A stretch of DNA of 64,000 nt from Lingula anatina (Eukaryota > Animalia > Brachiopoda), in contig CM120642.1 in NCBI GenBank assembly GCA_051362555.1, positions 5,580,001-5,644,000 of the forward strand. Reading direction: 5' to 3'. Numbering within the stretch: position 1 is the first letter of the stretch; each line of letters opens with the position of its first letter. Of this stretch, positions 49,201 through 62,829 are shown piece after piece. Under the pieces are notes generated by a model. That model did no database searches, was not told where the DNA came from, and saw nothing but the letters and a program-made list of their open reading frames with translations. Made by a program: the position numbers and the translations under genes.

Positions 49201-52058
49201 TAAAAGAGCTAATTAATTTGTTTCATTTTGGGGCTACAGGTAAATCCGTCGCTGAAGCCAAGAATTTTGAAAAGACACATATGTTTTTACTACAAATTTG
49301 GGAAGCTTTTTTTAGAATTGAAATTGATTTATATTTTAAATGGAAGAGCGGAGATGTTGATTTGTCAAATGAAGACATTATAATTAAACTGGCTGATTTG
49401 ATGGAAAGAAATCTATTACAGAGGAATGGTGATGATTGTGATTTTATTTGGAACTTTCTTGATGACATCAAAGAAACTCAAAGAGAATTCTCAGCATTTA
49501 CAAAAGAGTTATCTCAAAAAAATAAAACCTGGTCTTTTTGGTTAAATTTTGTTCATAGAGATTGCTTTTTATACATTTCCTTATATCTTTCTGTTACAGC
49601 AGGTGATTGGAATCTTAGAAATTTTTGTTTGAAAAGGATGTCACCCTTATTTCATGCTTTTGATGCACAAAATTATATGAAGTTAATTCCCACACATTTG
49701 TTTGATTTACATGCTCGCTTCCCAAAATCTGTTGTTTCTAATTTTGCAGAAGGTGGCTTTGTCATTAACTTGTTGGGTCATCCATTCTCATCTCTTGCAT
49801 TTGATGAAGCTCACGATCGCGAAATGTGCATCAATCCTGACATGAAAGCTTCATTAAAATCTTTAACCAAGTCCTCAATTTCTTCATCACTCTCATATCT
49901 CCCTTTTAGATCACACAGTTTCAACAATATTTTTTCTTTTTTGTATCCTTCTCGTTTAAATCCACCTCATAAGGATCAGTCTTTAGGTCATAGAAGGGCT
50001 GTTGAAGAAAACATCAATGCCTTTGTCAATTTACTGAAAACCTCCAAGTTCTATGTTAATTCTGACATAAAAAATCCATCCTTGTGCCATCTTTTTTCCA
50101 ACGTTATTGCTTCAGACATTCAGTCTGTTGATTTGTTGAATTTTTATGAAAAGGGGGAAAAGTTTTTAAATGATTTCATACAATGTTTTATCTTAAATAC
50201 ACCTCAAAATGCAAAAATACCATTTAAGAAAAACAAATTGAGTACGTTTACAGTCAAACCAGCGTCTGGGACAGCAAAAAAAAAAAAAAAAAAAAAAGAA
50301 GTGACTGATTTGAAAAGTGTTAATAATTTATTACAGAAACAGATTCAATTTTATGAAAAATATGGTACATTCCCTGAATCATTAAGTAAATCTTGCGTTA
50401 AATTACCGCTTGCTTTTTGTTCTTATGATGGAACTTCCAATAAGGGTGACAAATCAAAAGCTTTAGACTTTCTTCAAAAACATTATCCGCTCTCTTTCTC
50501 AACCAGCAGCCCTGACCATAAAGAATGCCTCATTTATGATGCAATGGTTCTCATCAATAAAATAAAGCCAGCACCTCATCATTCCAAATTTTTCCATTAT
50601 GCACAATTATTGTTTGATCGTTATGTCATGTCTAATTTTCAGAAGCATGGGTACAGGGAAGTTCACTTTGTTTTTGATTGCCAAGAGGAACTTTTGTACC
50701 CAAAGAGTATTGAAAGACAAAAAAGAGACCTTGGTGAAACACTAGGGCCTTTACCTGATGTTGCTGACTCCACCTCTTTGCCCTCAGATTGGCATAAGTT
50801 TTTAAGAAACCGCCATAACAAGAAATTGTTAGTTTCATACTTAAGTGAATCCTTACTTAAATTAGGTCTTCTACATTTGGAGGAAAATCATCACTTTACC
50901 ATTTGTGGTTCTTTTCATGACTCTTTGAATTCTAAGTCTATTATCAAAGGAAAAATGTGCTTAAATTTGAACAACAATCATCAAGAGGGGGACACATTAG
51001 TTTGGCACCAAGCATTCTCAAGTTCTTGCTCTCATATTTTGATTTATTCCATTGACACTGATATCCCTTTCATTGGCCTTCCTTTTATTCCTCAATACCC
51101 ACATAAAACACTATATATTCATATTCATGATAAAATGCATGATCAGTTATTCTTAGATATGTCTTTACTTTACCATAGTTTGACAAATGATGTGTCATTG
51201 CAGCTTGCAAATGTAGATAATATTGGTGTCATTCTTCAGTCACTTTATGTACTGTCTGGATCCGATTTCACTTCTTTTGTGAAAGGATTTGGGAAAATAA
51301 GTTGTTTTAGCACTTTTTATAATCATGCTGATTTCATTGAAGCTGACATAGGGCTAGCCAATGAAAATGGTTTTCTTTCATTTTGTCGTTTTTTGGGCTG
51401 TCTGTATGCCAAAAATTGTTCATCTTCATACCCTGGAGGTCCCAAAAATCTATTTACATCTTTGCTTCATCAGCATTCTGACTTAAATTGTATTGAAATA
51501 CACCGAAAATTCCTCTCTCATATCCGCTCCACTACCACGAAAAGAATTACCTCCTTAGAACATCAACTTCCATCTTTTGATTCAATTCATTTCCATTGGT
51601 TGCGTTCTTTGTATGTTTGTAAAGTTTGGACACAGGCCAATTCCGCACACATAGAGTATCCATCAGTATCAGATTTTGGTTGGACAGTGGGTGAAAGTAG
51701 TATCTCACCAGTATGGGAATCAGACTATAATTTACAAAAGTTTGAACAAACAACTCGTTTTTTGACTAATGGCTGCAGTTGCAAAAAATCTGGTTGTGTC
51801 AGAGGTCAGTGCAAGTGCTACCAAAATTCTTTTTTTTGTGGGCCTAGTTGTGTGTGTATAAACTGCAATAACCCGCATAATAAATCCATCAAAAAAGGGA
51901 CAAAAGAAGAAAGCCTGTCTGTTGTCAATCGAGAGAGTGACATTTATGATAATTATAGTGAAAAAAATTTAGATATAACTGTTAAAAATGAGTTAAACAT
52001 GGATGAAATTGATGGTTTAAGTAGTTTCTGGAGTTTGGATCTTGAACTACTTAATTAG
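46251..52058 (+). pseudogene. AcademX-type transposase (DDE + XPG-like nuclease + Cys-rich C-terminus), several frameshifts and stops
   Basis: SVDNLNF, AGDGKVY, LGEFHTLKN, FDEAH DDE-region motifs; XPG/FEN-like YDAM, FVFD, HQEGDT, SIDTDI, LSGSDFTSFVKGFGK; C-terminal GCSCKKSGCVRGQCKC..CGPSCVCINCNN; ORF pieces 46251-46871, 47074-48396, 48360-48614, 48599-48904, 48768-52058. Confidence 0.82.
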
Positions 52059-53936
52059 GTAAGAAATTTACTGATATAAATATAAATTTTATAAGTAGCA
52101 TTTGTTGAAATATAATTATGGTTTGTCATTCAGAAAAACCTTACACACATGATATGTTTATGAATTGGATATTTGTTATGTGGTTGTGTGAACAGAATTA
52201 TGTAATTTGCCATGGTTTATATTTTAGGTGTTTTACTCAAGACAAATGAAATTTGACATGCTGCTGCTTAGTTCACAGAATTGTCATCAAAATCATCAAC
52301 TACTTCAGTACATGTGATGTGTTAACCTTTTATTGAATGAATTTTGAGCAGTTCCTTTAATAAAACATGAAGACTTCTTGACAAAGCCAAAGAGGTGGCT
52401 CCTTAATGAGTAAGTTTCATGGCTAATTGTATTTTTTTTTTTTTTGAAGTTTGGATAAAATTTACATTCTAACTACTACGCGGGTCAATGAAATAGGCAA
52501 CCAACTGAAAAAGCTTGCCATGTAATCTGAATAGGGAAGGTATTCAAGTGGGCCAGCCAAACTTGGTGTGCAAACTTGTTAGTACACTGTTCTGAATGTG
52601 GCCAATTAATAACTATTTCAAAATTTATTTTTTTAGTATAAAACCAAAGATGGAAGTTTTTAATGTACATTATTCTGGCTTTATTTAACAGATATGTTGG
52701 TAACAACAATGTGCTATATATAAAATGGACATCACAGCCGCCTTATTACCAGCAACACACATTTCAAGTGGATTTGAAGGTGGCAAAGTGTATGGGGCCT
52801 AGATGAGGTTTGTATATTCACCACAATTTGAACATTATTTAAACTTACATGTACCTGAGAAAGTGGGAACACAAATTCTTAAACCGACTTGAATTGGCTA
52901 ATCTAAATATTGTTGACTTGACATTTGATGACATTTAAAGTCAAATTGAAAGCATCTGGAGGAAAAGTGATTGAATAGTGTAGAATTGTGTGTATTATAT
53001 TTCAGGGTAACTATTAAAAACCCTGGACCATGGAAAAAAACCAGTCCAAAATGTGTCCTATTAGCCATTAGAATCCTTCCTGTTCATAGTCATGAAAGAT
53101 GTATGTTTGGACAACAAAGTATGGACAAATTTTTTACCCAAGAGACTAAGTATGATGCTGTTGAGTTGTACCGAGTTCAGAATGATATTTTGATGACAAG
53201 TCTCCAAATATGTTACTTTTATGAAGATGTCAGTGGCATTAATAACTGCTGAAAAGCTGGATCTTTACCAAAAGAATGGCAGAAAATTATGCTTAATTAT
53301 GTTTATTTTTGACAGCTATAACATTGAGTTGAACTGGGTGTTCAGTTTTTCCAAGGACAAATGCAATTTATGAGAAAAAAATTAATGAAGTCTGAGGAAT
53401 GAAACTCCTGAGTTGTATGTTTGTCAACCCCATAGGAGAACTTGAATATTTTTATTAATTTTTTTTTTTTAGTTTTTTATCTTGTTTTTTTCCCTTCTAT
53501 TTGAAATAAAACTTGTTTGAAAAAAATGGACTTGACAGTTATTTAAAATCTTAGTTGTATAACTGAAAGAACCATATGTTCAAGTAACAGGTTTTGAAAT
53601 GGTTTCATATATTGCAGATAATAGAGCATCTAGAGATTTATAAACAGATAGCAAAGAAAAGCAGTGAGAATATACAATGGATAAGTCGTTGAATCTATTA
53701 TTAAAATCTTTACCTTTCCTTCGTAAAAACCCTGTTGCTTTTCAAAAATTACCACTGGGCACAGGTCTATATTTTGTTTAACTTAATTATAGTAAAATTT
53801 GTGTTAAAACCTTATAACCCGTTTTAGAAAGCTTGTAGTCATGTTTAGTACAGGTAGGGTTTGTTGATCAGGTTGGTCACGTGACGCTATGAATTGTGAT
53901 GAAAATTGGGTGCCACTTCTGTGGTCGTTTTGGACA

Positions 53937-56365
53937 TAGACCTCGACCCCGGATTATGGAACGATATTTGACGTTTTTCGGCTTTGCACAGTCTGTGTAT
54001 AAAAATGAACGTAAACTAACCTCTAATACTTTGCATGTAGCTACGATAGAGCTTTATTTACTATCTTGTAAAGCTTAATCCATATGATTTGGGTTATTAT
54101 TGAAGAAAAACGCTAAAATAATGGTTAACTTCGTGTTGTTCTCAAACCCCAGATTATGGAACAAAACCGGAAGTGCGCACATAACGTTGCGTCAGAGTTT
54201 GTTAGAAATGATGCAAGGCAATATGTAGCGCAAGGGGTCTATAAAAGACAATAAAACGGCATATGCGCTTTATATTGCGAATATCAATGGAAATAACAGC
54301 TGTTGTTATTCATATTTAGTTGGTCTTTTACTTTTAAACACAAATATTGCTAAAAAATGGAATAGCCCACTCATTTACCACTGCCTTGAATCGGATTATG
54401 GAACAAAACGAGAAGTTGCCGCTACGTCGGAATATCGAAGCGATGTTTAGTAGTCTGGTCATTTAAAATGCCAAATTGAAAATACTGTATCCATTATTAT
54501 GAATTTAAAGAATAATATTGATATTTCTCATTTTAAAACTCGTCGATCATTCATTTGGCCTGTATTCAGGAAACAACACCAGTAATGATTCAAAATAAAA
54601 TCTTTAATTCATGATGACAAAACTAGCAATTAACATTAACAGCTCACATACCACCAACAAAGAATTTATCGAAAGTGTGACAAATACAATAAAAATAAAT
54701 AAATAAAAGTAAAAAAATGACGGAGAACTCGTGTAACAGACTAGTGCTGTGAGATGAATATATTCAGTTTTTTAACATCGCTGACCTTTATAAAATGCAT
54801 TTAACATTTAACTCCATAAAACGAAATCACTGCAATTTATTCCATTGTTATACTGTCTCGCAACTCTGTTCACCATATGCAATAATAATGTGCGTTTGTT
54901 TTATGTACGTATGTATGTTTATTTTTACGTTGCGTTGTTAGTAACGCACAAGAACATATCACTTGTAGGCCCATGTTTAGGCCTACTTTTGCGGTATGAA
55001 TAAGAAAAAAACAATATAAATCTTTAAAAAAATATAAAACAAAAGGACTCAACCAATGTTTCTCCTTTACTGAGATAAATTCCAGCAGATATAACACAGG
55101 AAAATGTCAAAAAATGTAGGGGTTTTAGCGCAAGTGAAATGTTCTTTCGCGTTAAGCCTAGGTCCCAAAATTAAACGTTTTGGACGCAGGGATTTTTAGT
55201 TCCTTGCGTCCGGCTAGGACGTAGCTAGATCGCACGTAGTGGCTGTTGATCATGTCCAAAAGTTACTACATGCTGTTTGCGTCCTCCAAAAGTCGCACGA
55301 TGGACGTGCTCCTCAGGCACGAACTCCCACGTTTTCCCATTTCTTTTTTCTTTTTTTTTTTTTTTGGCCGTAGATCACACGTAGCAGCCCGTAGGTTCGG
55401 TTGGGACCTAGGCTTTACAAACAACGCAACGTAAAAATTCGTTCTTCTCTCTTCTTCCTTCTTCTCTTTTCTACGTACGTTTCACCTCCAATGCCATCTG
55501 TGTCTTTCGCCCTCGTACCTCAGCCTTCTTCCCCTCCCTCTCTTCGCCCGATCTTCTCTTCTCCTCTTTCTCCATTCTTCGCCTAGCGCCATCTTCGGCT
55601 TTTCTCATTTTTTCTACAGCTCTTCTTTTCTTACTTACTTACTTACTTACTTAGGCCTACTTACTTACTTACTTTCTTTCTTTCTTTCTTTCTTCCAAGT
55701 CTTTAAATAATGTTTTCTTATTTTCCGATATCCGTTCAAATCTTTATTTGAAGACAAAATTCATTTTCTCATTATTTTTCATTTATTTAGCATGTTTTTA
55801 TTTCACTATATTGCACCTATTTATCTTTCCCGGTTTTCTAAGGGACAACTCGGGATGTCGATTCATGAACCGATCCCACCAGCCGTTCGAAAAGCCCATA
55901 GGCCTATCCCTTTGTTTTCCCACCGCCAGTGCAAACTTGCTAACTCCTAGTCTTTGGTGAGGGGAAACCCCCAGTCACTCATAATAAGGCAGTAGTGGAC
56001 TAGAGCTGCCTCATCAGAGTGACTGAGGGCCAACTTCCCATGACCACCTCCCTTGAGAGCACTTGTGGTAGGCCTATATTTAAGAAAAATAGAAGAAGAT
56101 ACTGGATAGAGATAGTTGAAATAAGAAGTTTTAAAGATAAAACTCCCAGAAAAGGCGCAAACCTAGTAGGCCCTAAATGATTCATAAGTCTATTTTTTTT
56201 TCATCACAACAAAGATCAATCATGTGTCATTTGTGTAGGCCTACCTGAAATATGATTTAAAATGATCCTCTTTGGCACCTCATAGGCCTACGTGCCGCCT
56301 CTGATATTGAATAAGAGTGGGCCTATAATTTCCTCTTTGACATGCTGAAATTTATCGAGCATGAA

Positions 56366-56396
<31 letters not shown>

Positions 56397-56486
56397 AAAC
56401 ATCTTTATTCTCAAGAGGGTTAAATACAGATACAGTATAAATAAAGGTGGCAATTCGCCTAGGCATTATATGCTCACCATTGGAAT

Positions 56487-56543
<57 letters not shown>

Positions 56544-57476
56544 TTCAAGGAAAGGCAGTGACGAGAACATGAGTGGCATTAGAGGGGAGTGAGGGACAGG
56601 GCATGGGGGGGGGGAGGTATTTATGAGGGGAGGGGCAATAGGCCATCAGGAGTGAGTGGTAGGCGCCAGAACAGAAATGGAAGAAGATTCAGACATTTTT
56701 AATTAAGAAATCAGACACTATTTCGAAAATTTTGTCGTTTTGTCCAGATGTTAGTGTTTTATGGCCATGAAAAAGGTCAGTAACGATTTTTTCTCTCATA
56801 ATGTCAATACAAAAGTCAACATTAAGTGATTTTGTGAGAACAAATTTATTTATTTCACAAGTCGCTTGAGTCTAATAGCGCTCGTAGCGTTCTCTAGCGG
56901 CAGTTTACAGTGAGCAGAAAGCACCCACAGCTATGCCCAACATCAAAGGCATTTTTATGAGATCTTGGAATAACCTAGCTACTTCAACCTCTTGAAAGTG
57001 GATGTTTTGAAATAATTTCCTTAAGCCGAGAACAAGAAATACAAACAATAGGCTAAGGGATGAGACAAGTTAGGCTACAATACTTATAGCAGTAAAAGAC
57101 GGCCGTGTTTACGTCCACAGCGATCGATGTAGGCCTACCCGTAACCAGTATGAAAAAGTTAGAAATCGAGATCGGAAACTGACAGTAACACGTGCAGACG
57201 AAAGCGGACGATAAACGGCTTTAAAACTTGCTTGAATAAACGTAAGTTCATTATTAATTTTATCAAATTTGAGAACAACAAACTTTCAAAGGCTAACACT
57301 TCTATTGTATCAGGTCGTAACATGTGTCTACATAGCGCGTTTGATACATTGTAGCAGACGCTTGAAACTTTCGTGGCAACGGGGATTTTTTACGCTCTGG
57401 ATGCTGGGTAAAAAGAGCAAACTTCCGGTTTTGTTCCATAATCCGGGGTCGTTCCATAATGCGGGGTCGGAGTCTA
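53937..57476. mobile_element. Non-autonomous TIR element with TAG..CTA ends
   Basis: TAGACCTCGACCCCGGATTATGGAACG mirrored by CGTTCCATAATGCGGGGTCGGAGTCTA; GATTATGGAACAAAAC repeated near both ends; flanks share only CA. Confidence 0.55.
56371..56765 (-). mobile_element. 5'-truncated non-LTR retrotransposon (LINE 3' end)
   Basis: Minus-strand AATAAA then poly(A) (T-run 56371-56396); 11-bp TSD CATGAAAAAGG at 56360-56370 and 56766-56776; contains (AAT)n. Confidence 0.75.
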
Positions 57477-58242
57477 CAAAAATTTCCCACACAAAATTGA
57501 GAAAATATGTAGGAGACATGCCTTGTGATATATCATTTGAAAGTTTATGATCTCGTCATTCTGTAGGATGTAATCGTTTAAAAATATTTTACGTTTCCTG
57601 CGATACATAATAACTGAAAGTCGGTAAAGTCGGAAAAATCGATTTTGCCGACTTTTACACCGACTTCCGGGAATATGAACACTTTGCCAACGAGTTGGGA
57701 CCCGAACGCAGCATGTGTTTCATATCAACACAAAGCACACTTGTTTACCTTTTAGAATATATATAAAACGCTGGTGATATAAATATTGTAGCAATTTTTT
57801 TTAAATTGAAACACCCTAGTGTCACACGCTTCAAAAATGCGAGTGCTTGGCGTCGAGTTCACCTCGCGCTAAAAAAAATGGACAAAGCTGAATTTTCAAT
57901 ATATATATACTGCCAGAGACCCAGTTTAACCAGCTTTCATGATTTAGTTTTTAAAACTTTGTACAATTTAAACTTCTTATAGAGATCTTCAAATAGAAAA
58001 TTTCGGGCACCTGAAACCGGGCACCATTTGCAATCACCCGCGTGGATAAATCTTCCATTTTACCGTTCTGAATCTATTTTTTGTGACAACTAACCTTAAA
58101 ATTCCGAATCCCTAAATATTCCCGCTTCTTTTTATATATCTATCGTTTAATCACATCAACTGTTGACAAAACTACACATGAAAATACGAAGAGCTCAAAA
58201 GTCGTCCATTTTCACTCGATTTTGCTGAAAGTAGTGCGAAAA

Positions 58243-61200
58243 CAGCCCGGGAGCCACCGGTCTGCCGCTAGGTGGCTTTTAACCAAACCGGAAGTTCTAG
58301 AATTTGAATTGCGTGCATTTTTGTGAAATTTATAGGGTGTCAGAAACGGTAGAATATCTCGAGTACTAAGGGTATGAGAGTCTTATTATGTATACTGTCA
58401 TCTTTAGAAATAAATTTCAAATGATGTGAGATGTTCCTCGAGTTGATCTAAACCATATTTTATGTTCAAAAGTGAATTTGAAATCGAAGTTTTACCAAAG
58501 CTGTAACTGGAGTTCAACTTTACCTCTAATGCTTGCATTCTTAGAGAACAGGTTCCAACTTCGAATTATCAGTAAGTTGTGGCAAATTTATTCAGCTTTC
58601 TGCCAATGTAAGCATGTAAGGAACTTTACCGTTATCCAGGAATGGCACAAATCAATTCACACCCGTGTATGTAAAAAAATCGTACTTGCAACAACCGTAA
58701 GCCAGCCTCGTTTTGACTTAGTACATTCTTGTTGTAATCTAACCTCGTTTTGAATTCCCCACCCGCACAATATTTTCTATATAGAGAAGAGAAGCTTGCA
58801 CAGGAAGAATGGGGGAAATGAACATTTCATTTTTTTTTTTTGGTAAATAAGCATTTATCTATTACACGAGGCCACCCGCTGCCAGTTTCTTTTTATTGAA
58901 AGACTAATAAAAACAAAACAAACAAGACTTTTTTTATCAAATGAATGTTTATTTTTACATATGAACAACTATATAATATTTAAAACATAATATCATCAAC
59001 AAAAATATCATTATTGTGACAGCCAACAGGAATTAAAGCTGATGCAAATATACATGTATATTTGTGGCAAAAATTATTTTTTACTTTTGCAACACATTGA
59101 TATGGCAATTATTTTACACTTCTTGATCATAACATAGAGTTATAGCCACAGGACACACTACTCCTTTTGAAAACTGGATCAATATAAACAATTTATATAA
59201 TTTCATAAATTTACCTGAAATCAGCAATTTATTTCACTGATACCAGTTAGTCCTGTACCAGTCTATATTTTCATTTGAATTTATTTTTGTAAGTGTCATA
59301 GTGGTGATTTCACAGCCAAACTTCATTAAAAAACTCGCACATTTAATTATATTACATGAATCTGTTAATGTATTTTATTCATTAGAAATAACTGTAACCA
59401 AGTTTTAAAAGAATGTTTTCAGTTTTAAAAGGATTAAGTAACTTCTGAGCTTCTGTCATAATTTCCAAGGAATGGCAAAATGATTAATCCTGGTCCCTTT
59501 CATGTTCTTCAAGCCTAGAAAAATATTAGATTAAAACATTAAAAAGATTGAAAAGGTAACATTCAAAAACATTTTTTCCTGCATATATCTTTACACACAC
59601 AACAACAACAACAACAAACACTAAAATCAGTATAAATAATAAACCACAATCTTGATAATAGGGAAGCTGGTATCAATCGATTTATCTAAAATAGTACTCT
59701 AAAAGTGTATCAATATTGAAGTCTACAAACTAGTGTTCACAACTATAATACACTATAAAACAAAGGAGGAGTTTTGTTAATATAATGTTCTTTTTTTCAT
59801 GAAACATTTTCCCTCACATACTTATAACCCATGTGTTGTGTGTGTGGGAGATTTTAAACAAAACTAAACTGTTCCTTCTAACAAAAAATTGCCTATGATA
59901 TGGCTATCACAATTTGAAAACATATACACAATGTTATACCACTTGGCATTTTATGATGCACAGTATGTATGTATGTATGTATGTATGTATGTATTGCAAA
60001 TGGTCAACAAATGGGGGTAAAAATGTAATAAAACTTATTTTGACTAACAGGTTTTCCCCCATATTGATATTGTACATTGGTACCCTGCCAAAGGAGCAAA
60101 CATGTTAAAAGTCAAAAATTGTTATTCATATTTTTGAAAAGATGCTTGTGGTTGGTTTTCAATTTTGTATCTTTCACAACTATAATTTACAAGCATGTGT
60201 GGCCCCACACTCACCCCATGCACACACATGCAGGGCAGATAACACTGCTTTTCACTGACATCAACATCCAACAACTATAAATCGACTTTCCCACACCTTG
60301 GACAGGGACCACAAGGAAAACACATGGGTAAATGTCCTAGCTAAGCTTTCTCTTGGGCATGATATATTATTCAATTTATGATAAAATAAAAAATATGTTC
60401 AAGTGATATATACCAACAAATTGATATGAAAAGCTACTTACTACTTGGCAATGTACATGTATATTCAGCTGTGGAACACTGACATCTTAATTGTTATAAT
60501 ACAAGGCTTTGAACTGTCAACACTTAAGGTCACTGAAAGTATAAAAAGGTAGATAAAATATTGAACCTATCATTTATTGGGCATTCTTGTACATGATAAT
60601 AATAAATAACTGATAAATATTTTCTATCAGTTTATACAAGTTTCAATCCTTTTTCATGGAAATTTCAAAATATTACTTTTTTTTGTTTTTTTTCATCTTA
60701 CTTAAATCAAAATGCAAATAAATAGCATGAAAAGGATAATGCAGAATATCTAAAAAATGGCTTTTACATCCTCAAAAGTGACCTATCCCCCTCTCATAAT
60801 ATATCTATCTATACAGAATCAAGTATACTACATGTCATTTCGCGGGCCATTTCTGTTAATAAACATCAAAGCACAAAAAAAGCATAAGAAGGCAAATTCT
60901 CAATATTTTATTGTGACATTCATACAAGACATGAGGCAAGACTGCCCCCCACATTCACTCTAATGTGATCGCCCCAACCACACACACTGTCATTTCATGA
61001 AGTATTTAATCTAGTTAACTTCAAAACACCAAAAAATTGCATGAAAATGCAAAAATTCAATAGTAAACTTCGACATTCATTCAAGATGTAACACAAGACT
61101 GCCCATGTAGTTACTCGGAACATTGCAAAATATACTACCTGTCGGAAATGTAGAAAATCGATAAGTTACAGGTTAGGTTCCTTCCTAAATTTTTTACACA

Positions 61201-61598
61201 TTCAAAAACAAATGTCAAACTATTAAAAAAACTGAACAGACAAAGAAAAATCATTGTTATCTGCATTTGGCACAATTCAAAAGAACGTGTTTACATTTGG
61301 GTTCTGTGTGCCGACATTTTGGAACACGACAGTAACTTGAGCGAGCATCCAGTGAAACCGGCACATAAACACTGTTTTGTTATATAAAATATAACTTGGG
61401 GATATACTTAATCGTTCTGTCAAGTGCATTAGTAAAAAAATCAACAGATCACCGTATAAACGTCTTTTCATCTTACCTACCTCTATGACACTGTTTCTCG
61501 CCACTCTCGCTTAGAGGTCGCCAGACACAATTTGAAAACGAGGCCAAGTCTAAAATATAACAAAATAACCGTCATATGAGCCGGTGGCTCCCGGGCTG
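58243..61598 (-). mobile_element. Complete non-autonomous CAGCCCGGG-family element (putative Academ deletion derivative)
   Basis: 18-bp TIR CAGCCCGGGAGCCACCGG at both ends; AAA on both flanks (3-bp TSD); no coding capacity. Confidence 0.8.
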
Positions 61599-61722
61599 AA
61601 ATGGCCGTCGCTTCAGACAGTGTGCACGCGCAGCTCGAAATCTGCGGACAGACTGTTAGGCGCATGCAAGTGTTCTATTCTGTAACTTTCTCTCGAGCGC
61701 GACGTTATCATTTTGCCAGAAT

Positions 61723-61752
61723 AGTGACGTCGTTGCCGATCCAGTGACGTCA
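61723..61752 (+). promoter_or_regulatory. Paired CRE/ATF-like sites upstream of the secreted-protein gene
   Basis: AGTGACGTC twice, 20 bp apart; the second contains a perfect TGACGTCA (61745-61752), 50 bp before the ATG. Confidence 0.45.
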
Positions 61753-61802
61753 CCATAGCGTTTCAAACAACCAACTACAAAGACAGAAAAAAATCTGCAA
61801 AA

Positions 61803-62324
61803 ATGCACTGGTGCGCCTTATTTATCTGTTTGGCAGTTGCATTAACTGCATCAGATGCATACATTTACAAAAGACCTGAGTGGAGCGCATGGGGCCCTTG
61901 TCTGAGGAAATGCTCTGAAAGTTGGGCACGTAGATGGAGAGTTGCAACTTGCCAGCGGTGCAACAACGACGGTTCCAGGTGCATTAACGCCCCACCATTT
62001 TCAGGCTGGAGAGGGAATTGCTGGCGCAATGTTATGAAATACTACTCAATTTGTCCTTTCGATCCCGAGGACTGCACAGGTAGTGGCCCTTACACAGGCG
62101 TTTGGGGGAATTTTAAGAAGAATGGCCATTGCCGAGCGCCAAATTTCCTTCTCGCTCCCTGTGGAGAGAAAGGAAAACAGTATTGCATAGGGACAAAGTG
62201 CAAGAGAACCAGCAGATCCGAACCTGGCCCCGTCAAATGCTCTAGGAGCACTAAGTACACGAAATGTCCTTGCCTAGGACCATGCGGAAAGGATATCCCC
62301 ACCGTCTATGACAGATATGGATAA
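61803..62324 (+). CDS. Small secreted cysteine-rich protein with thrombospondin type-1-like motifs (173 aa)
   Basis: Signal peptide MHWCALFICLAVALTASDA; WSAWGPC..C....R.R..C motif and a second W..F..C..CG..G.Q unit; AAAAATG start context; GC content above background. Confidence 0.8.
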   Translation: MHWCALFICLAVALTASDAYIYKRPEWSAWGPCLRKCSESWARRWRVATCQRCNNDGSRCINAPPFSGWRGNCWRNVMKYYSICPFDPEDCTGSGPYTGVWGNFKKNGHCRAPNFLLAPCGEKGKQYCIGTKCKRTSRSEPGPVKCSRSTKYTKCPCLGPCGKDIPTVYDRYG

Positions 62325-62829
62325 ATCTAAGGTAAATACCGTCACGTGCATCAGTCGTTCGTATTGAAATTTAAACTGCCGCTTCCCATTGAAGTTCTTA
62401 ACAAGATTAAAAACGAAATTCGAAAAGGATTTGGAATGAAGTTTAAAAAAGTTCGTATAATCTGATTTGTATTTAACCAAAAATCTTTTCATCTGGACGC
62501 GTCAGAAAAAAAGTAATAAATCAAACGTGTTTTTAATAAGCTAAAACATTTTAACGTTGACCCGGAATAGATCCTGCAAGATATTCGTAATAGAGTTAAG
62601 AAGTTTAGATATTCAAAATTTGAACGTGAAACATGAATTTTGTCTTACTTTGTAAAAAATCGTCTTTCAGGTGAAAATTCTAACGGGAGTCCATAGGGAG
62701 TGAAGAAGCATTTTCAAACAGCAAAAACCTGAATGGACAAGTTTCTATCGGCTTGGAGCACAACACGAAAAAGTCAATCTGCATTGCAAGCATGGATCGC
62801 ATTCACCTTTTATAATTATTAACGTTACG

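Noticed and set aside
55990-56020. Hammerhead ribozyme (CTGATGA + stem on the minus strand)
   Set aside because: The required GAAA after stem II is absent (TTATT instead); a simple hairpin explains it.
41389-61598. One 20-kb transposon with 3.2-kb TIRs inserted as a unit
   Set aside because: No direct TSD on the outer flanks; the right arm is a self-contained element with its own TIR pair and AAA TSD.
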